Source of the DNA: Candidatus Saccharimonadia bacterium
GTDB lineage: Bacteria; Patescibacteriota; SICC01
Direction: 5' to 3'
Assembly: GCA_025449535.1 (NCBI GenBank)
Contig: JANWJF010000001.1
Span: forward strand, 677,136-741,135
DNA: 64,000 nucleotides
Shown here: positions 37,919 through 47,965 of the stretch, piece after piece
Layout: each line of letters starts with the position of its first letter
Numbering within the stretch: position 1 is the stretch's first letter
Made by a program: the position numbers and the translations under genes
Notes under the pieces: generated by a model
Told to the model about the DNA's origin: nothing
The model's input: the letters and a program-made list of their open reading frames with translations, nothing else
The model's database searches: none

Positions 37919-38206
37919 GTGGAAATCGACAGACAAGCGGTGGAAAAGGTGGCACGACTGGCGCGATTGGCTCTGTCGGACGATGACGTCGCAGCGAATC
38001 AACGGCAACTCTCTAAGATCTTGGAGTACATCGACCAGTTGAACGAGGTCGATACCAAGGGCGTCCCACCTACCGCCCAGGTGACCGGGACGGTGAACGC
38101 CTTGGCCGACGACGAAGTCAGGAACGAACGTCGGGACGAACTGCCGATCGATGCGCCGGCCACTGACGGCGGCAGCATCAAGGTAAAGGGAGTCTTCGAT
38201 GGCTGA
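37919..38206 (+). CDS. gatC: Asp/Glu-tRNA amidotransferase subunit C
   Basis: [11 protein letters not shown]…[13 protein letters not shown] motif; GTG start. Confidence 0.85.
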   Translation: MEIDRQAVEKVARLARLALSDDDVAANQRQLSKILEYIDQLNEVDTKGVPPTAQVTGTVNALADDEVRNERRDELPIDAPATDGGSIKVKGVFDG

Positions 38207-39557
38207 CGCTGCGAGTCCGTACCTAGGGACCGTCCCGAAGCCGGCGGATATCGGTGTCGCCCGGAAGGCGCTCGACCAGGGCAGCCTGCAGAGCGTGCCG
38301 GTCGCGATGAAGGACATCATCGTCACGGCGGACGGACGGAAGAGTACGGCCGCTTCCAAGATGCTTGCGCCATACGGAAGCCCTTATGACGCGACGGTAG
38401 TGCGGAAGATGCTCAAGGCCGGCGCGGAAGTCGTAGGCAAGACCAATCTTGACGAGTTCGCGATGGGCGCGTCGACCGAGAACTCAGCCTTGGGCAAGAC
38501 CGTAAACCCGTGGGATCCGGAACGAGTACCCGGCGGCAGTTCGGGAGGGTCGGCGGCCGCGGTGGCCAGCCGCTCGGTTCCGGTTGCGCTCGGGACCGAC
38601 ACCGGCGGCTCGGTCCGCCAACCCGCCGCGTTCTGCGGAGTAGTCGGCCTGAAACCGACCTATGGTCGCGTCTCGCGCTACGGCCTGATCGCCATGGCCA
38701 GCTCGCTGGACCAGGCGGGGACGTTCACGACGACCGTCGCCGACGCCGCCACGGTACTCGGTACGATCGCCGGACCGGACCCGTTGGACGCGACCAGCGT
38801 GGACCGGGAAGTACCGGATTACCGCAAGGCGCTGACCGGGGACGTGAAAGGACTCACCGTTGGCATCCCCAAGGAGTACTTTGAGGTCGAGGGCGGCGTG
38901 CAGCTGGAGATCGGCGAGGCGATCGAACAGGCCAAGGGGGATCTCCGGAAGGCCGGCGCGAAGGTCGTTGACGTCAGCCTGCCGCATACGAAGTACGCCG
39001 TCTCGGTCTATTACCTGGTGATGCCCGCCGAGGCGTCATCCAACCTGGCCCGGTACGACGGCATCCGGTATGGCCATTCAGTGGAACGGGACGCGGACTG
39101 GCAGGGATCGCTTGAGGACGTCTACTTCCAGAGCCGGGCCCAGGGCTTCGGACCGGAGGTGCAGCGGCGGATCATGCTGGGTACGTACGCGTTATCCGCT
39201 GGGTACTACGACGCGTACTACAAGAAGGCGATGCAGGTTCGGACGCTGGTGACGCGGGACTTCGAGCAGGCGTTTGAGAAGGTGGACCTGTTACTTACAC
39301 CGACTACCCCGACGACTGCGTTCAAGTTCGAAGAGAAAGCCGATGATCCGCTGGCGATGTACCTGGCGGATATCTTCACGGTACCCGCGAGCCTGGCCGG
39401 CCTGCCGGCGGTCTCGGTCCCGGCTGGATTCGACAAGCAGAACCTGCCGATCGGGCTGCAGTTGATCGGCAAACACTGGGGAGAGGCAACGGTCCTGCGG
39501 GCCGCTCACGCGTACGAACAGCGTCACGACTGGCACACAAAGGAGCCGCCACGATGA
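38199..39557 (+). CDS. gatA: Asp/Glu-tRNA amidotransferase subunit A
   Basis: Amidase signature [12 protein letters not shown]; 452 aa. Confidence 0.95.
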   Translation: MADAASPYLGTVPKPADIGVARKALDQGSLQSVPVAMKDIIVTADGRKSTAASKMLAPYGSPYDATVVRKMLKAGAEVVGKTNLDEFAMGASTENSALGKTVNPWDPERVPGGSSGGSAAAVASRSVPVALGTDTGGSVRQPAAFCGVVGLKPTYGRVSRYGLIAMASSLDQAGTFTTTVADAATVLGTIAGPDPLDATSVDREVPDYRKALTGDVKGLTVGIPKEYFEVEGGVQLEIGEAIEQAKGDLRKAGAKVVDVSLPHTKYAVSVYYLVMPAEASSNLARYDGIRYGHSVERDADWQGSLEDVYFQSRAQGFGPEVQRRIMLGTYALSAGYYDAYYKKAMQVRTLVTRDFEQAFEKVDLLLTPTTPTTAFKFEEKADDPLAMYLADIFTVPASLAGLPAVSVPAGFDKQNLPIGLQLIGKHWGEATVLRAAHAYEQRHDWHTKEPPR

Positions 39558-39976
39558 TGGAGCTGCTGGTTCTCGTCGTAATCCTGACCGTCGTGGTCGG
39601 CGTCGCGCTGGCAGTACGTCAGCATCAGGCGCTGCCGCGGACGTTGTCCGCCGACGACAAGGGGTTCGCCCACGTGCGCTGGCACGAGATCCAACAGCAA
39701 CTGCAGAAGGGCGGGCCGGCACACCTCCGGCAGGCGGTGATCTCCGCGGACAACCTGATCGACCATTGCCTGAAGGCCCTCGGCGTTCCCGGCGAGACGA
39801 TGGGCGAACGGTTGAAGGCTTCCGGGGGACGCTTCTCCGACCTGGACGGCCTCTGGTCAGCGCACAAGACCCGCAACCAGATCGTCCACGAGGCGGACAA
39901 GGAACTACTGAGCTTCGAGGCGAAGTCGGCGCTCGACAAGTTCGAGCGGGCGCTCAAGGACCTGGGGGCGCTGTGA
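39554..39976 (+). CDS. membrane-anchored protein with a C-terminal Rx4H motif (RNQIVHE; HEPN-like), inserted between gatA and gatB
   Basis: N-terminal transmembrane helix; ATGA/GTGA overlaps on both sides; motif-level resemblance only. Confidence 0.45.
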   Translation: MMELLVLVVILTVVVGVALAVRQHQALPRTLSADDKGFAHVRWHEIQQQLQKGGPAHLRQAVISADNLIDHCLKALGVPGETMGERLKASGGRFSDLDGLWSAHKTRNQIVHEADKELLSFEAKSALDKFERALKDLGAL

Positions 39977-41469
39977 GCGGCGCATCGAGGTACGAAGCCG
40001 TCATCGGTCTGGAGATCCACGTCCAGCTGCGGACGAAGTCCAAGATGTTTTGCCGGTGCGACAACCAGGCGGACGGCGCCAAGCCGAACGAGCTGACCTG
40101 TCCGGTCTGTCTCGGCCTGCCGGGCGCCTTGCCGGTCCCGAACCGGACGGCGGTGGAATGGGCGATCAAGGCGGCGTTAGCGCTCGGTTGCGCGATCCCG
40201 GACGAGTCGAAGTTCGACCGCAAGCAGTACTTCTATCCGGATCTCCCGAAGGGCTACCAGATTTCGCAGTACGACCAACCGTTCGGTGGGCCGGGGACGT
40301 TCGAATTCGACATGGTCGAGGACGGGAAGACCGTCACCAAGCAGATCGGCATCACCCGGCTGCACTTAGAAGAGGACGCCGGCAAGCTGACGCACCCCAA
40401 GGGCGCGGACTACTCGCTAGTCGACCTGAACCGGGCCGGCACGCCGCTGGCGGAGATCGTCACCGAGCCGGACCTGCGCAGTCCGGCCGAAGCGAAGCGG
40501 TTCCTGCAAGAGCTGCGGCGGCTGATGCGGTACCTCGGCATATCGGACGCGGACATGGAAAAGGGGCACCTTCGTGCGGACGCCAACATCTCGCTCCGGA
40601 AGCCTGGCGAGAAGAAGCTCGGCACCAAGACCGAACTGAAGAACCTCAACAGCTTCCGGTTCGTGGAGCGGGGCTTGGCGGCCGAGATCGAACGACAGAC
40701 GGAACTGCTCGATGCGGGCAAGTCAGTGGACCAGGAGACGCGCGGGTTCGACGAGGACGGCAACCGGACGGTCAGCCAACGTGGCAAGGAAGAAGCGCAC
40801 GATTACCGCTACTTCCCCGAGCCGGATATCCCGCCGCTGGAGCCGAAGGCGCTCGGAATTAAAAAGCTTGTCAAAGGGCTGCCAGAACTGCCCGTGGAAG
40901 TTAAGAGGCGGTTTATTACGGAGTATGGACTTCAACCAGATCAAGCTGAGCTTCTCACTGATTCTCTAGATGATGTGGAGTATTTTGAAGCAAGTTTGAA
41001 AGCTGCCATGTCTGGAAAAAATAAAATTAATGATCGAACAAAAGCGGCACAGAATATTTCCAAAATAGCTTATGGGATTGGCAGGCAAATCATGACAAAG
41101 AAAATGCTTAACAGTTTCATGGAATTGGATTGGCCAGGTTCTTATCCTTCTGTGACAGGAGTAGGTGCGCGATATCTGGCTTCTGGTGAATACACAATGT
41201 CGACCTTGAACCCTGTAATGGAAAGAATTTGGGAAGAAGATCTAGATCCCGAAAAAACTTTGGAGAAAGAAAAACCTCAAAAACTTGGACAATCCGATCT
41301 AGACAAGATCATCGACCAAGCCATCGCTGACAACCCCAAGCCAGCTGCCGACTTCAAGGCCGGTAACGAGAACGCCAAGCAAGTGATCGTCGGCGCGGTG
41401 ATGAAGGCGACCAAGGGAGCGGCCAACGCTCGTGAGGTTGCACAACTCGTCGAGAAAAAGTTGTCATAA
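39973..41469 (+). CDS. gatB: Asp/Glu-tRNA amidotransferase subunit B (3' ~430 nt is a low-GC mosaic segment)
   Basis: N-terminal YEAVIGLEIHVQL…CRCDN motifs and a C-terminal YqeY-like tail; GTG start at 39973; GC drops to ~40% across 40860-41290. Confidence 0.9.
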   Translation: MSGASRYEAVIGLEIHVQLRTKSKMFCRCDNQADGAKPNELTCPVCLGLPGALPVPNRTAVEWAIKAALALGCAIPDESKFDRKQYFYPDLPKGYQISQYDQPFGGPGTFEFDMVEDGKTVTKQIGITRLHLEEDAGKLTHPKGADYSLVDLNRAGTPLAEIVTEPDLRSPAEAKRFLQELRRLMRYLGISDADMEKGHLRADANISLRKPGEKKLGTKTELKNLNSFRFVERGLAAEIERQTELLDAGKSVDQETRGFDEDGNRTVSQRGKEEAHDYRYFPEPDIPPLEPKALGIKKLVKGLPELPVEVKRRFITEYGLQPDQAELLTDSLDDVEYFEASLKAAMSGKNKINDRTKAAQNISKIAYGIGRQIMTKKMLNSFMELDWPGSYPSVTGVGARYLASGEYTMSTLNPVMERIWEEDLDPEKTLEKEKPQKLGQSDLDKIIDQAIADNPKPAADFKAGNENAKQVIVGAVMKATKGAANAREVAQLVEKKLS

Positions 41470-41476
41470 CGTTTAG

Positions 41477-41512
41477 TTGACAACGTCCTCGCCTGCTGTG
41501 AGAGAATGGGGG
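41477..41512 (+). promoter_or_regulatory. sigma-70-like promoter (TTGACA, N17, GAGAAT) driving the small acidic gene
   Basis: Perfect -35 hexamer with 17-nt spacing to a -10-like hexamer, ~55 nt upstream of the ribosome-binding site. Confidence 0.4.
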
Positions 41513-41568
41513 TGATGCCGTCTTGGTACGGTATATGTCGTAGCAACTAATTTAGGGAGGGCAACACT

Positions 41569-41748
41569 ATGTTGATCAACCTTCTGGGTGACGCGGGCGA
41601 CGAAGCTGCTGCGAACCCGACCCCTGGCGCCGACGAGAACGACGGCGCCGAAGGCGGCGAGGGCGCAGAAGCCCCCGCCACGGAGGAGACTCCGGCCGAA
41701 GGCGGCGACTCTGACGAGTCCGGCGACGGCGAGACTCCGGCCGCGTAG
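41569..41748 (+). CDS. small highly acidic, disordered protein (59 aa)
   Basis: Strong ribosome-binding site tagggaggg; followed by an intrinsic terminator; below the track cutoff. Confidence 0.45.
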   Translation: MLINLLGDAGDEAAANPTPGADENDGAEGGEGAEAPATEETPAEGGDSDESGDGETPAA

Positions 41749-41766
41749 TTCCGGCTACGTGCCTCG

Positions 41767-41798
41767 AAAAGCCCCGTTCGCGGGGCTTTTCCTTTTTG
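41767..41798 (+). terminator. intrinsic terminator (AAAAGCCCCG ttcg CGGGGCTTTT CCTTTTT)
   Basis: Perfect stem, UUCG loop and T-tract. Confidence 0.75.
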
Positions 41799-41846
41799 TA
41801 GGATCGCACTTGTGCGGCGCCGCGAAACCGCTACGCTAGTAACCAT

Positions 41847-42143
41847 ATGACCGAAGTGCCCAGCGCCATCCTCTGGATCGCCTCGATCGGACTGATCACG
41901 ATGACCGTCCTGATGTGCTTGATGCTGCTGGCGATCACTGTCCTGATCCGCCGGGTGCGGAAGCTGGTAGACAAGCTGTACGAGGTAGCGGAGCCGCTCA
42001 AGGGCGCGGCCGAGCGAGCCGGCGACACCGTCAACGCTTACAGTAGCAACCTGCTGCGGCCGCTGGCGACGGTGGTCGGCGCGCTGGCGGGGTTCAACAA
42101 GGGCGTGAAGTCCGTAAGCCGTAAAGCCAAAGGGAGGAAGTAA
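41847..42143 (+). CDS. small membrane protein (98 aa; DUF948-like, tentative)
   Basis: N-terminal transmembrane segment plus an amphipathic helix. Confidence 0.45.
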   Translation: MTEVPSAILWIASIGLITMTVLMCLMLLAITVLIRRVRKLVDKLYEVAEPLKGAAERAGDTVNAYSSNLLRPLATVVGALAGFNKGVKSVSRKAKGRK

Positions 42144-42145
42144 CC

Positions 42146-42541
42146 ATGGTCAGGACCGAATCACGGACGGAAGTCGAAGAGACGCGTGAAACTAATGCGA
42201 CTAACGCGACCGCCGAGCGGTCCGACGATCGGCGGGTCCGCAAGGTCGAGGACATCATTTGGTTCATTATCGCGGTGATCATCGCCGTGATCCTGATCCG
42301 TTTCGTCCTGCTGCTGTTCGGCGCTCGTACCGGCGTGCCGTTCGTCGACTTCTGGTACGGCATGACTGCGCCGCTGATCGCCCCGTTCGCGGGTATCTTC
42401 GGCAGCCTCGACACCTACAACGATTACACCGGACAGCGCATCGAGCTCGAGGCCCTGGTCGCGATGCTGATCTACGGGGTGCTCGGATACCTGGTGGTCT
42501 GGGCCACCCGGCTGCTGCGCCACGAACCCAAGTCGGAATAA
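42146..42541 (+). CDS. YggT-family membrane protein
   Basis: Conserved FVDFWYG…APFAG motif between transmembrane segments. Confidence 0.6.
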   Translation: MVRTESRTEVEETRETNATNATAERSDDRRVRKVEDIIWFIIAVIIAVILIRFVLLLFGARTGVPFVDFWYGMTAPLIAPFAGIFGSLDTYNDYTGQRIELEALVAMLIYGVLGYLVVWATRLLRHEPKSE

Positions 42542-42557
42542 GCAAGGAGGATTTGAT

Positions 42558-42938
42558 ATGGCCAAACGAGGTAAGTTCGTAAAAGGTACGTTCCTGGGAG
42601 CGCTCGTCGGAGCGGTCGCCGGATTGTTGCTGGCGCCGAAGTCCGGCAAGGAGACCCGTCGGGACATCGAGCGGAAGACCAAGGAAGTCAGCGACGAGGC
42701 CGGCAAGCAGGTGAAGGGCGCCGAACGGCGCGCCCGCCGCGAGGTCAAGCGCGCCAAGCGCACGGCGACCAAGACGGTTCGGCAGGCCAAGCGCACGGCA
42801 GACAAGACCGTCCGGCAAGCGAAGCGGACCGGGCGCCGGGCCAAACGCTCCGCGGACCGGGCGACTCGCGAGGTCAAGCGGACGGCCAAGTCGACGACCC
42901 GCCAAGCCCGGGGTACCCGTCCGCGACGGAGCAAGTAA
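42558..42938 (+). CDS. YtxH-domain protein (Lys/Arg-rich repeats after an N-terminal GxxxGAxxGLLLAPKSGKETR motif)
   Basis: YtxH signature at the N-terminus; repeated KRTA.KTVRQAKRT units. Confidence 0.55.
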   Translation: MAKRGKFVKGTFLGALVGAVAGLLLAPKSGKETRRDIERKTKEVSDEAGKQVKGAERRARREVKRAKRTATKTVRQAKRTADKTVRQAKRTGRRAKRSADRATREVKRTAKSTTRQARGTRPRRSK

Positions 42939-43225
42939 TGGCGAAGCGGAAGCCTTCCCGCGATTCGGCCACCGCAATCGAACAGTTCGCCTTGGCGCTG
43001 GAACGTGGCCGGTTCATCGATTACATCCAGCAGCTCCAGAGCACCCGGACGCTCCTCTGGAAGAACTTCCTGACCGGGCTGGCCCGTGGGTTCGGCGCGA
43101 TCGTCGGGGCGACCGTGGTCGTGGCCATCGTGGTGACGATCCTCGGACTGCTGGGCGACAACCTGCCCGGCGAATTCGGCGACTTCTTCACGAACACCAG
43201 CAAGCAGATCCAACCGTCGCCGTAG
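42938..43225 (+). CDS. small membrane protein (95 aa), hypothetical
   Basis: ATGA overlap with the upstream gene; one or two transmembrane segments. Confidence 0.45.
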   Translation: MAKRKPSRDSATAIEQFALALERGRFIDYIQQLQSTRTLLWKNFLTGLARGFGAIVGATVVVAIVVTILGLLGDNLPGEFGDFFTNTSKQIQPSP

Positions 43226-43235
43226 CTAGCCGCCA

Positions 43236-43254
43236 GCGACTACCTGTAAGCTAG
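43236..43254 (+). promoter_or_regulatory. second copy of the GCGACTACCTGTAAGCTAG motif, 5 nt upstream of the ATG at 43259
   Basis: Exact 19-nt repeat of 10141-10159. Confidence 0.5.
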
Positions 43255-43258
43255 ACCC

Positions 43259-43867
43259 ATGGCGACCATCGATTGGACCTCCGTCGAGGAGGCGGAGAAG
43301 GAGAACACGGCCAGCTCGTACAAGCTGGCGCTGCTTGAGGCGGCCAAATTGTTCGAAGGCCGGATGTCCGACGAGCGCATCCCGGGCCGTACCCCGGCCG
43401 AACGTTTGGAGGCGGTGAAGTTGCACCTGACGCGTCCGGCGGACGTGACCAAGGCGTACGCGTTCGTCGAGCGACTGCGACACGGCAGCACCGGCGCGCT
43501 CACGAAGGCGCGGGCCAAGGATTACGTGCAGGCGTTTCGGCAAGGCGTCGCAGACCTGAACGACCTGACCCGTCAGCGCGATTCGTTCGGCGCCCAGGCG
43601 AAGCTCTACTGGGGGCTGGTCCGGGCCCGGCAGCGCTGGTTGATCCGCGCCCTGGTCGGCTTGGGCGGGTTCTTCCTGCTCGTCCTGTTCCTGGACGGCA
43701 CGGGAATCGGCCGGGGAATCGTGGACGGGATCGTCAGCCTGGTGCACGGCTTCTTCAGCTGGATCGCGGTGCTGCTCGCGGCCTTGGCGGCCGTCCTGTT
43801 GGCTGTGATCGGCACGGCGGTCTACCTCGACCGGCGCGGCGGGACGGTCCGGGGTGAGGATGAGTGA
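43259..43867 (+). CDS. hypothetical protein with C-terminal transmembrane segments (202 aa)
   Basis: ORF starting 6 nt after the TAAGCT hexamer. Confidence 0.5.
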   Translation: MATIDWTSVEEAEKENTASSYKLALLEAAKLFEGRMSDERIPGRTPAERLEAVKLHLTRPADVTKAYAFVERLRHGSTGALTKARAKDYVQAFRQGVADLNDLTRQRDSFGAQAKLYWGLVRARQRWLIRALVGLGGFFLLVLFLDGTGIGRGIVDGIVSLVHGFFSWIAVLLAALAAVLLAVIGTAVYLDRRGGTVRGEDE

Positions 43868-44318
43868 CGGACCGGCGGTCGTGGCGGCCGACGTCCTGCT
43901 GCTCAAGGATGGGAAAGTCCTGCTTAACTTGCGCGATAACACCTGGGGTGCGGGATATTATGGGGTCCCAGGAGGCCACGTTGAGTCGGGGGAAGACTTC
44001 GAGACCGCCGCGATCCGCGAGATGTCCGAAGAACTCGGGATCACCATACAGAGGCCGGATCTCCGGTTGGTGCATGTCATGTATCGACCCGGGAGCGACC
44101 GGGACAAGGAACGGGTCAATCTAAAGTTCGTCTGCGAACGGTGGAGCGGCGAACCTCGCAACGTCGAACCCGACAAGTCAAAGCACATACTTTGGGTCGA
44201 TCCCCAGGATCTGCCGGAAAACACGTTGCCGCATGAGCGGCAGTTCCTGCAATGCTATCGCGACGGCATCCTGACCTCGAAGTTCACCGGGTACATGTCC
44301 GGTTCCCTGGAACTGTAG
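43854..44318 (+). CDS. NUDIX hydrolase (MutT-like)
   Basis: Nudix box GHVESGEDFETAAIREMSEELGI. Confidence 0.75.
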   Translation: MRMSDGPAVVAADVLLLKDGKVLLNLRDNTWGAGYYGVPGGHVESGEDFETAAIREMSEELGITIQRPDLRLVHVMYRPGSDRDKERVNLKFVCERWSGEPRNVEPDKSKHILWVDPQDLPENTLPHERQFLQCYRDGILTSKFTGYMSGSLEL

Positions 44319-44373
44319 CTCCGTGCCGCTCCAGCAACCAAGCTCCGGGACCTGCCCGGACTCGGTAAGATGA

Positions 44374-47300
44374 ATGGGTATGCCAAAGCCCAAGTTCGTC
44401 CATCTTCACGTCCACTCCCACTACAGCCTGCTGGACGGGCTCAGCAAGCTGCCCGACCTTTCCGCGACGGTGAAGAAGCAGGGCATGGACGCGTTGGCGC
44501 TCACCGACCACGGCGTGCTGTATGGGGCGGTCGAGTTCTACCAAGCGGCCACCAAGGCCGGAATCAAGCCGATCATCGGCTGCGAGGTCTACGTCGCGCG
44601 CCGCGGCCGCAAGGACAAGGATCCGCAGGCCGACGTAAATCCGTACCACCTGATCCTCCTGGCGCAGAACAAGACCGGATACAAGAACCTGCTCAAGCTG
44701 GTGACCGCGGCGCACCTGGAAGGCTTCTACTACAAGCCGCGGATAGACTGGGACCTGTTGCAGGAGCATCACGAAGGACTGATCTGCACCTCGGCCTGCC
44801 TGCAGGGCGAGGTCGCGAACCGCTTGCGCGACAGCGGGGAGGCGGAGGCCAAGAAGGTCGTCGACAAGTTCGCGAAGCTGTTCGGCGACCGCTACTACCT
44901 GGAGCTCCAGCATCATCCGAACATCCCCGAGCAGGGAGAACTCAACGCCGCTCTGGTGCGGATTGCCAAGGAGAAGGGCCTGCCGCTGATCGGCACCAAC
45001 GACGCGCACTACGTCCGGCCCGACGACTCCGAGGCCCAGGACGTCTTGGTCTGCATCCAGACCGGCAAGCAGCTCGACGACACCGACCGGCTCAACATGA
45101 CCAACGAGGACTTCTCGTTACAGACGCCCCAGCAGATGGCGCAGCACTTCGCGGACACGCCGGAAGCCGTCAGTAACACCGCCGCCATCGCCGGCCGCTG
45201 CGACCTGGAGCTCGACCTCGGCAAGATCATCCTCCCGAAGTTCGAGGTGCCGGAGGGCGAGACCGAACGGAGCCTGCTCCGGAAGCAGGTCGCGAAGGGC
45301 GTCGAGACGCGGTACGGTGCATCCCCGGGCAATGAGGTCACCGAACGGATCGAATACGAGCTTGGGGTCATCGAGAAGATGGGCTTCGAGAGCTACTTCC
45401 TGATCGTCGGGGACCTGGTCCGCGAGGCGAAGAGCCGTGGGATCTGGGTCGGACCGGGACGCGGCAGCGCGGCCGGCAGCCTGGTCTCGTACGTGCTCGA
45501 CATCACCACGCTGGACCCGCTGGAGTACGACCTGCTCTTCGAGCGATTCCTAAACCCCGATCGAATCTCGATGCCGGATATCGACATGGACTTCGCGGAC
45601 GATCGTCGACAGGAAGTGATCGACTACACGGCCGAGAAGTACGGCAAGGACCGGGTGGCCCAGATCATCACCTTCGGTACGATGGCCGCTCGGGCGGCGG
45701 TGCGCGACACCGGCCGGGTGATGGGCCTGACGTACGGCGAGGTCGACCAGGTCGCCAAGCTGATCCCGTTCGGCATGGACCTCAAGGAGGCCCGTAAGCA
45801 GCCTGAGCTCAAGGAACTGGCCTCGCAAAGCCAATCGGTGGACCGGTTGCTGGACCTCGCGTCCCGGATCGAGGGGTCCGTCCGGCATGCCTCGACCCAC
45901 GCTGCCGGCGTGGTGATCGGCGACCGGCCGTTGGTCGACCACGTGCCGCTCCAGCACGGCACCCGTGGCGACGACCAGACGATCGTCACCCAATACTCGA
46001 TGTACCCGATTGAGGACATCGGGCTGCTGAAGATGGACTTCCTCGGACTTTCCAATCTGACGATCCTCCGGAACGCGACGGAAATCATCGAGGCCGTGCA
46101 CGGTGACAAGATCGATGTCGAGAAGATTCCGCTCGACGACGCGAAGACGTTCGAACTGCTCTGCGAAGGCCGGACTTACGGCATCTTCCAACTGGAGTCC
46201 GAGGGTATGCGCCGCTACATTAAGGAGCTGCGGCCGACCCAGTTCGAGGATATCGTGGCGATGGTCTCGCTGTACCGGCCGGGCCCGATGCAGTGGATCG
46301 ACTCCTTCATCAAGCGGAAGCACGGCCGCGAGCGGGTGACCTACGTCCATCCCAAGGTCGAGAACGCGCTCAAGGAAACGTACGGCGTGATCGTCTATCA
46401 GGAGCAGGTGATGCAGATATCGAAGGACCTGGCCGGGTTCACGGGCGGGGAGGCGGACACGCTCCGCAAGGCCGTCGGTAAGAAGATCGCCTCGCTGTTG
46501 GCGGAGCAGAAAGAGAAGTTCGTCAGCGGCGCGGTAGAGAACGGTGGGATGGAACGCGGTCAAGCCACCCAGCTCTTCGGGCAGCTCGAGGATTTCGCGC
46601 GGTACGCGTTCAACAAGTCGCACGCTGCCTGTTACGCCCTGATCGCGTACCAGACGGCGTACCTCAAGGCGCGTTACCCGAGCGCGTTCATGGCCGCCCT
46701 GATGACTAGCGAACAGGAGGACCTGGATAAGCTCTCCGCGGCGATCACCGATGCGGAATCGATCGGCATCAAGGTGCTGCCGCCGGACGTCAACGAGTCG
46801 TTCCAGGACTTCGCGGTGGCGTCGGACAAGAAGAGCATTCGGTTCGGCCTTAATGCGATCAAGAACCTCGGCAAGAACACCGCGGCGGCGATCGTCGCTA
46901 GCCGGAAGGCGGACGGTCCGTTCAAGGGCCTTAACGACTTCCTGTCCCGGCTCCCGGACGGGACCGCCAACAAGAAGTCGTTGGAGGCGCTGATCAAGGC
47001 GGGCGCCTTGGACGGCCTGGCGAAACGCGGCCAGCTGCTGGCCGGCCTGGAGGCGATGGCCCGGTACGCCGCCGCCCGTGCCGCGGAGAACCGCAGCGGC
47101 CAATCCAGCCTGTTCGGGGACGCGCCGGATTCCGGTACCGGGTTCACGCTGCCGTCCGGCGGGGAAGTGGACCAACGACAGAAGCTCGAGTGGGAACGGG
47201 AGTTGCTCGGCATGTACGTTTCCGAGCACCCGCTCAGCTCGTACGGCGACGTGGTGAAGCGGTTCGCGGCGATCAGCGTCATCGCCAACCTGCCGGACAA

Positions 47301-47937
47301 GCGGCCGGTGGAGATCGCCTGCCTGGTCTCGATCGCCAAACGGATAAACACCAAGAAGGGCGACCCGATGGCGTTCGTGACGGTCGAGGACCGGAACCGG
47401 AAGATAGAGGTGATCGTCTTCCCGAAGCTGTACCTCGATGTCCGGGATCGCCTGCACCCCGGCACCGCCCTGAAGATCAGCGGCAAGATCTCGCGCAAGG
47501 ACGACGAGCCGAAGATCCTGGCGGACAAGGTCGAACCGTTGGACGAGGAGGCCCGCCCGGAACGGCCGGCGAACCTGGAGCCGGCCGCGGATATCGGGAT
47601 AGACAACCTCGACGCGATGGTCGCCGGCGGCACGCCGACCGCCCCGCACCAAGGCCCGGTCACCGACGCCGAGACCGCCGAGACGTCGGCAGGCGAGGAC
47701 GCGACGATCACCTACGAGTCGCTGACCGTCCGTCTCGGTCCCAACACGACGTTGGCCGTACTGGAGCAGGTGAAGGGCGTGCTCTCCGAACACCGCGGGG
47801 AATCCCCGGTGTACCTGATCCTGACACACGGTGAATCCGAAAAGAAGCTCAAGCTGGCCCACGGCGTGCGGTACTCCAAGGGCCTGATCGATGACCTTGA
47901 GGTGGTCGACTGGAACGTCTCGGTCGAAGCGCGGTAA
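44374..47937 (+). CDS. dnaE: DNA polymerase III alpha subunit
   Basis: PHP domain HLHVHSHYSLLDG; polymerase core; OB fold; 1187 aa. Confidence 0.95.
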   Translation: MGMPKPKFVHLHVHSHYSLLDGLSKLPDLSATVKKQGMDALALTDHGVLYGAVEFYQAATKAGIKPIIGCEVYVARRGRKDKDPQADVNPYHLILLAQNKTGYKNLLKLVTAAHLEGFYYKPRIDWDLLQEHHEGLICTSACLQGEVANRLRDSGEAEAKKVVDKFAKLFGDRYYLELQHHPNIPEQGELNAALVRIAKEKGLPLIGTNDAHYVRPDDSEAQDVLVCIQTGKQLDDTDRLNMTNEDFSLQTPQQMAQHFADTPEAVSNTAAIAGRCDLELDLGKIILPKFEVPEGETERSLLRKQVAKGVETRYGASPGNEVTERIEYELGVIEKMGFESYFLIVGDLVREAKSRGIWVGPGRGSAAGSLVSYVLDITTLDPLEYDLLFERFLNPDRISMPDIDMDFADDRRQEVIDYTAEKYGKDRVAQIITFGTMAARAAVRDTGRVMGLTYGEVDQVAKLIPFGMDLKEARKQPELKELASQSQSVDRLLDLASRIEGSVRHASTHAAGVVIGDRPLVDHVPLQHGTRGDDQTIVTQYSMYPIEDIGLLKMDFLGLSNLTILRNATEIIEAVHGDKIDVEKIPLDDAKTFELLCEGRTYGIFQLESEGMRRYIKELRPTQFEDIVAMVSLYRPGPMQWIDSFIKRKHGRERVTYVHPKVENALKETYGVIVYQEQVMQISKDLAGFTGGEADTLRKAVGKKIASLLAEQKEKFVSGAVENGGMERGQATQLFGQLEDFARYAFNKSHAACYALIAYQTAYLKARYPSAFMAALMTSEQEDLDKLSAAITDAESIGIKVLPPDVNESFQDFAVASDKKSIRFGLNAIKNLGKNTAAAIVASRKADGPFKGLNDFLSRLPDGTANKKSLEALIKAGALDGLAKRGQLLAGLEAMARYAAARAAENRSGQSSLFGDAPDSGTGFTLPSGGEVDQRQKLEWERELLGMYVSEHPLSSYGDVVKRFAAISVIANLPDKRPVEIACLVSIAKRINTKKGDPMAFVTVEDRNRKIEVIVFPKLYLDVRDRLHPGTALKISGKISRKDDEPKILADKVEPLDEEARPERPANLEPAADIGIDNLDAMVAGGTPTAPHQGPVTDAETAETSAGEDATITYESLTVRLGPNTTLAVLEQVKGVLSEHRGESPVYLILTHGESEKKLKLAHGVRYSKGLIDDLEVVDWNVSVEAR

Positions 47938-47965
47938 CTTTTCGTATTTGTTATGATATTCGGTC

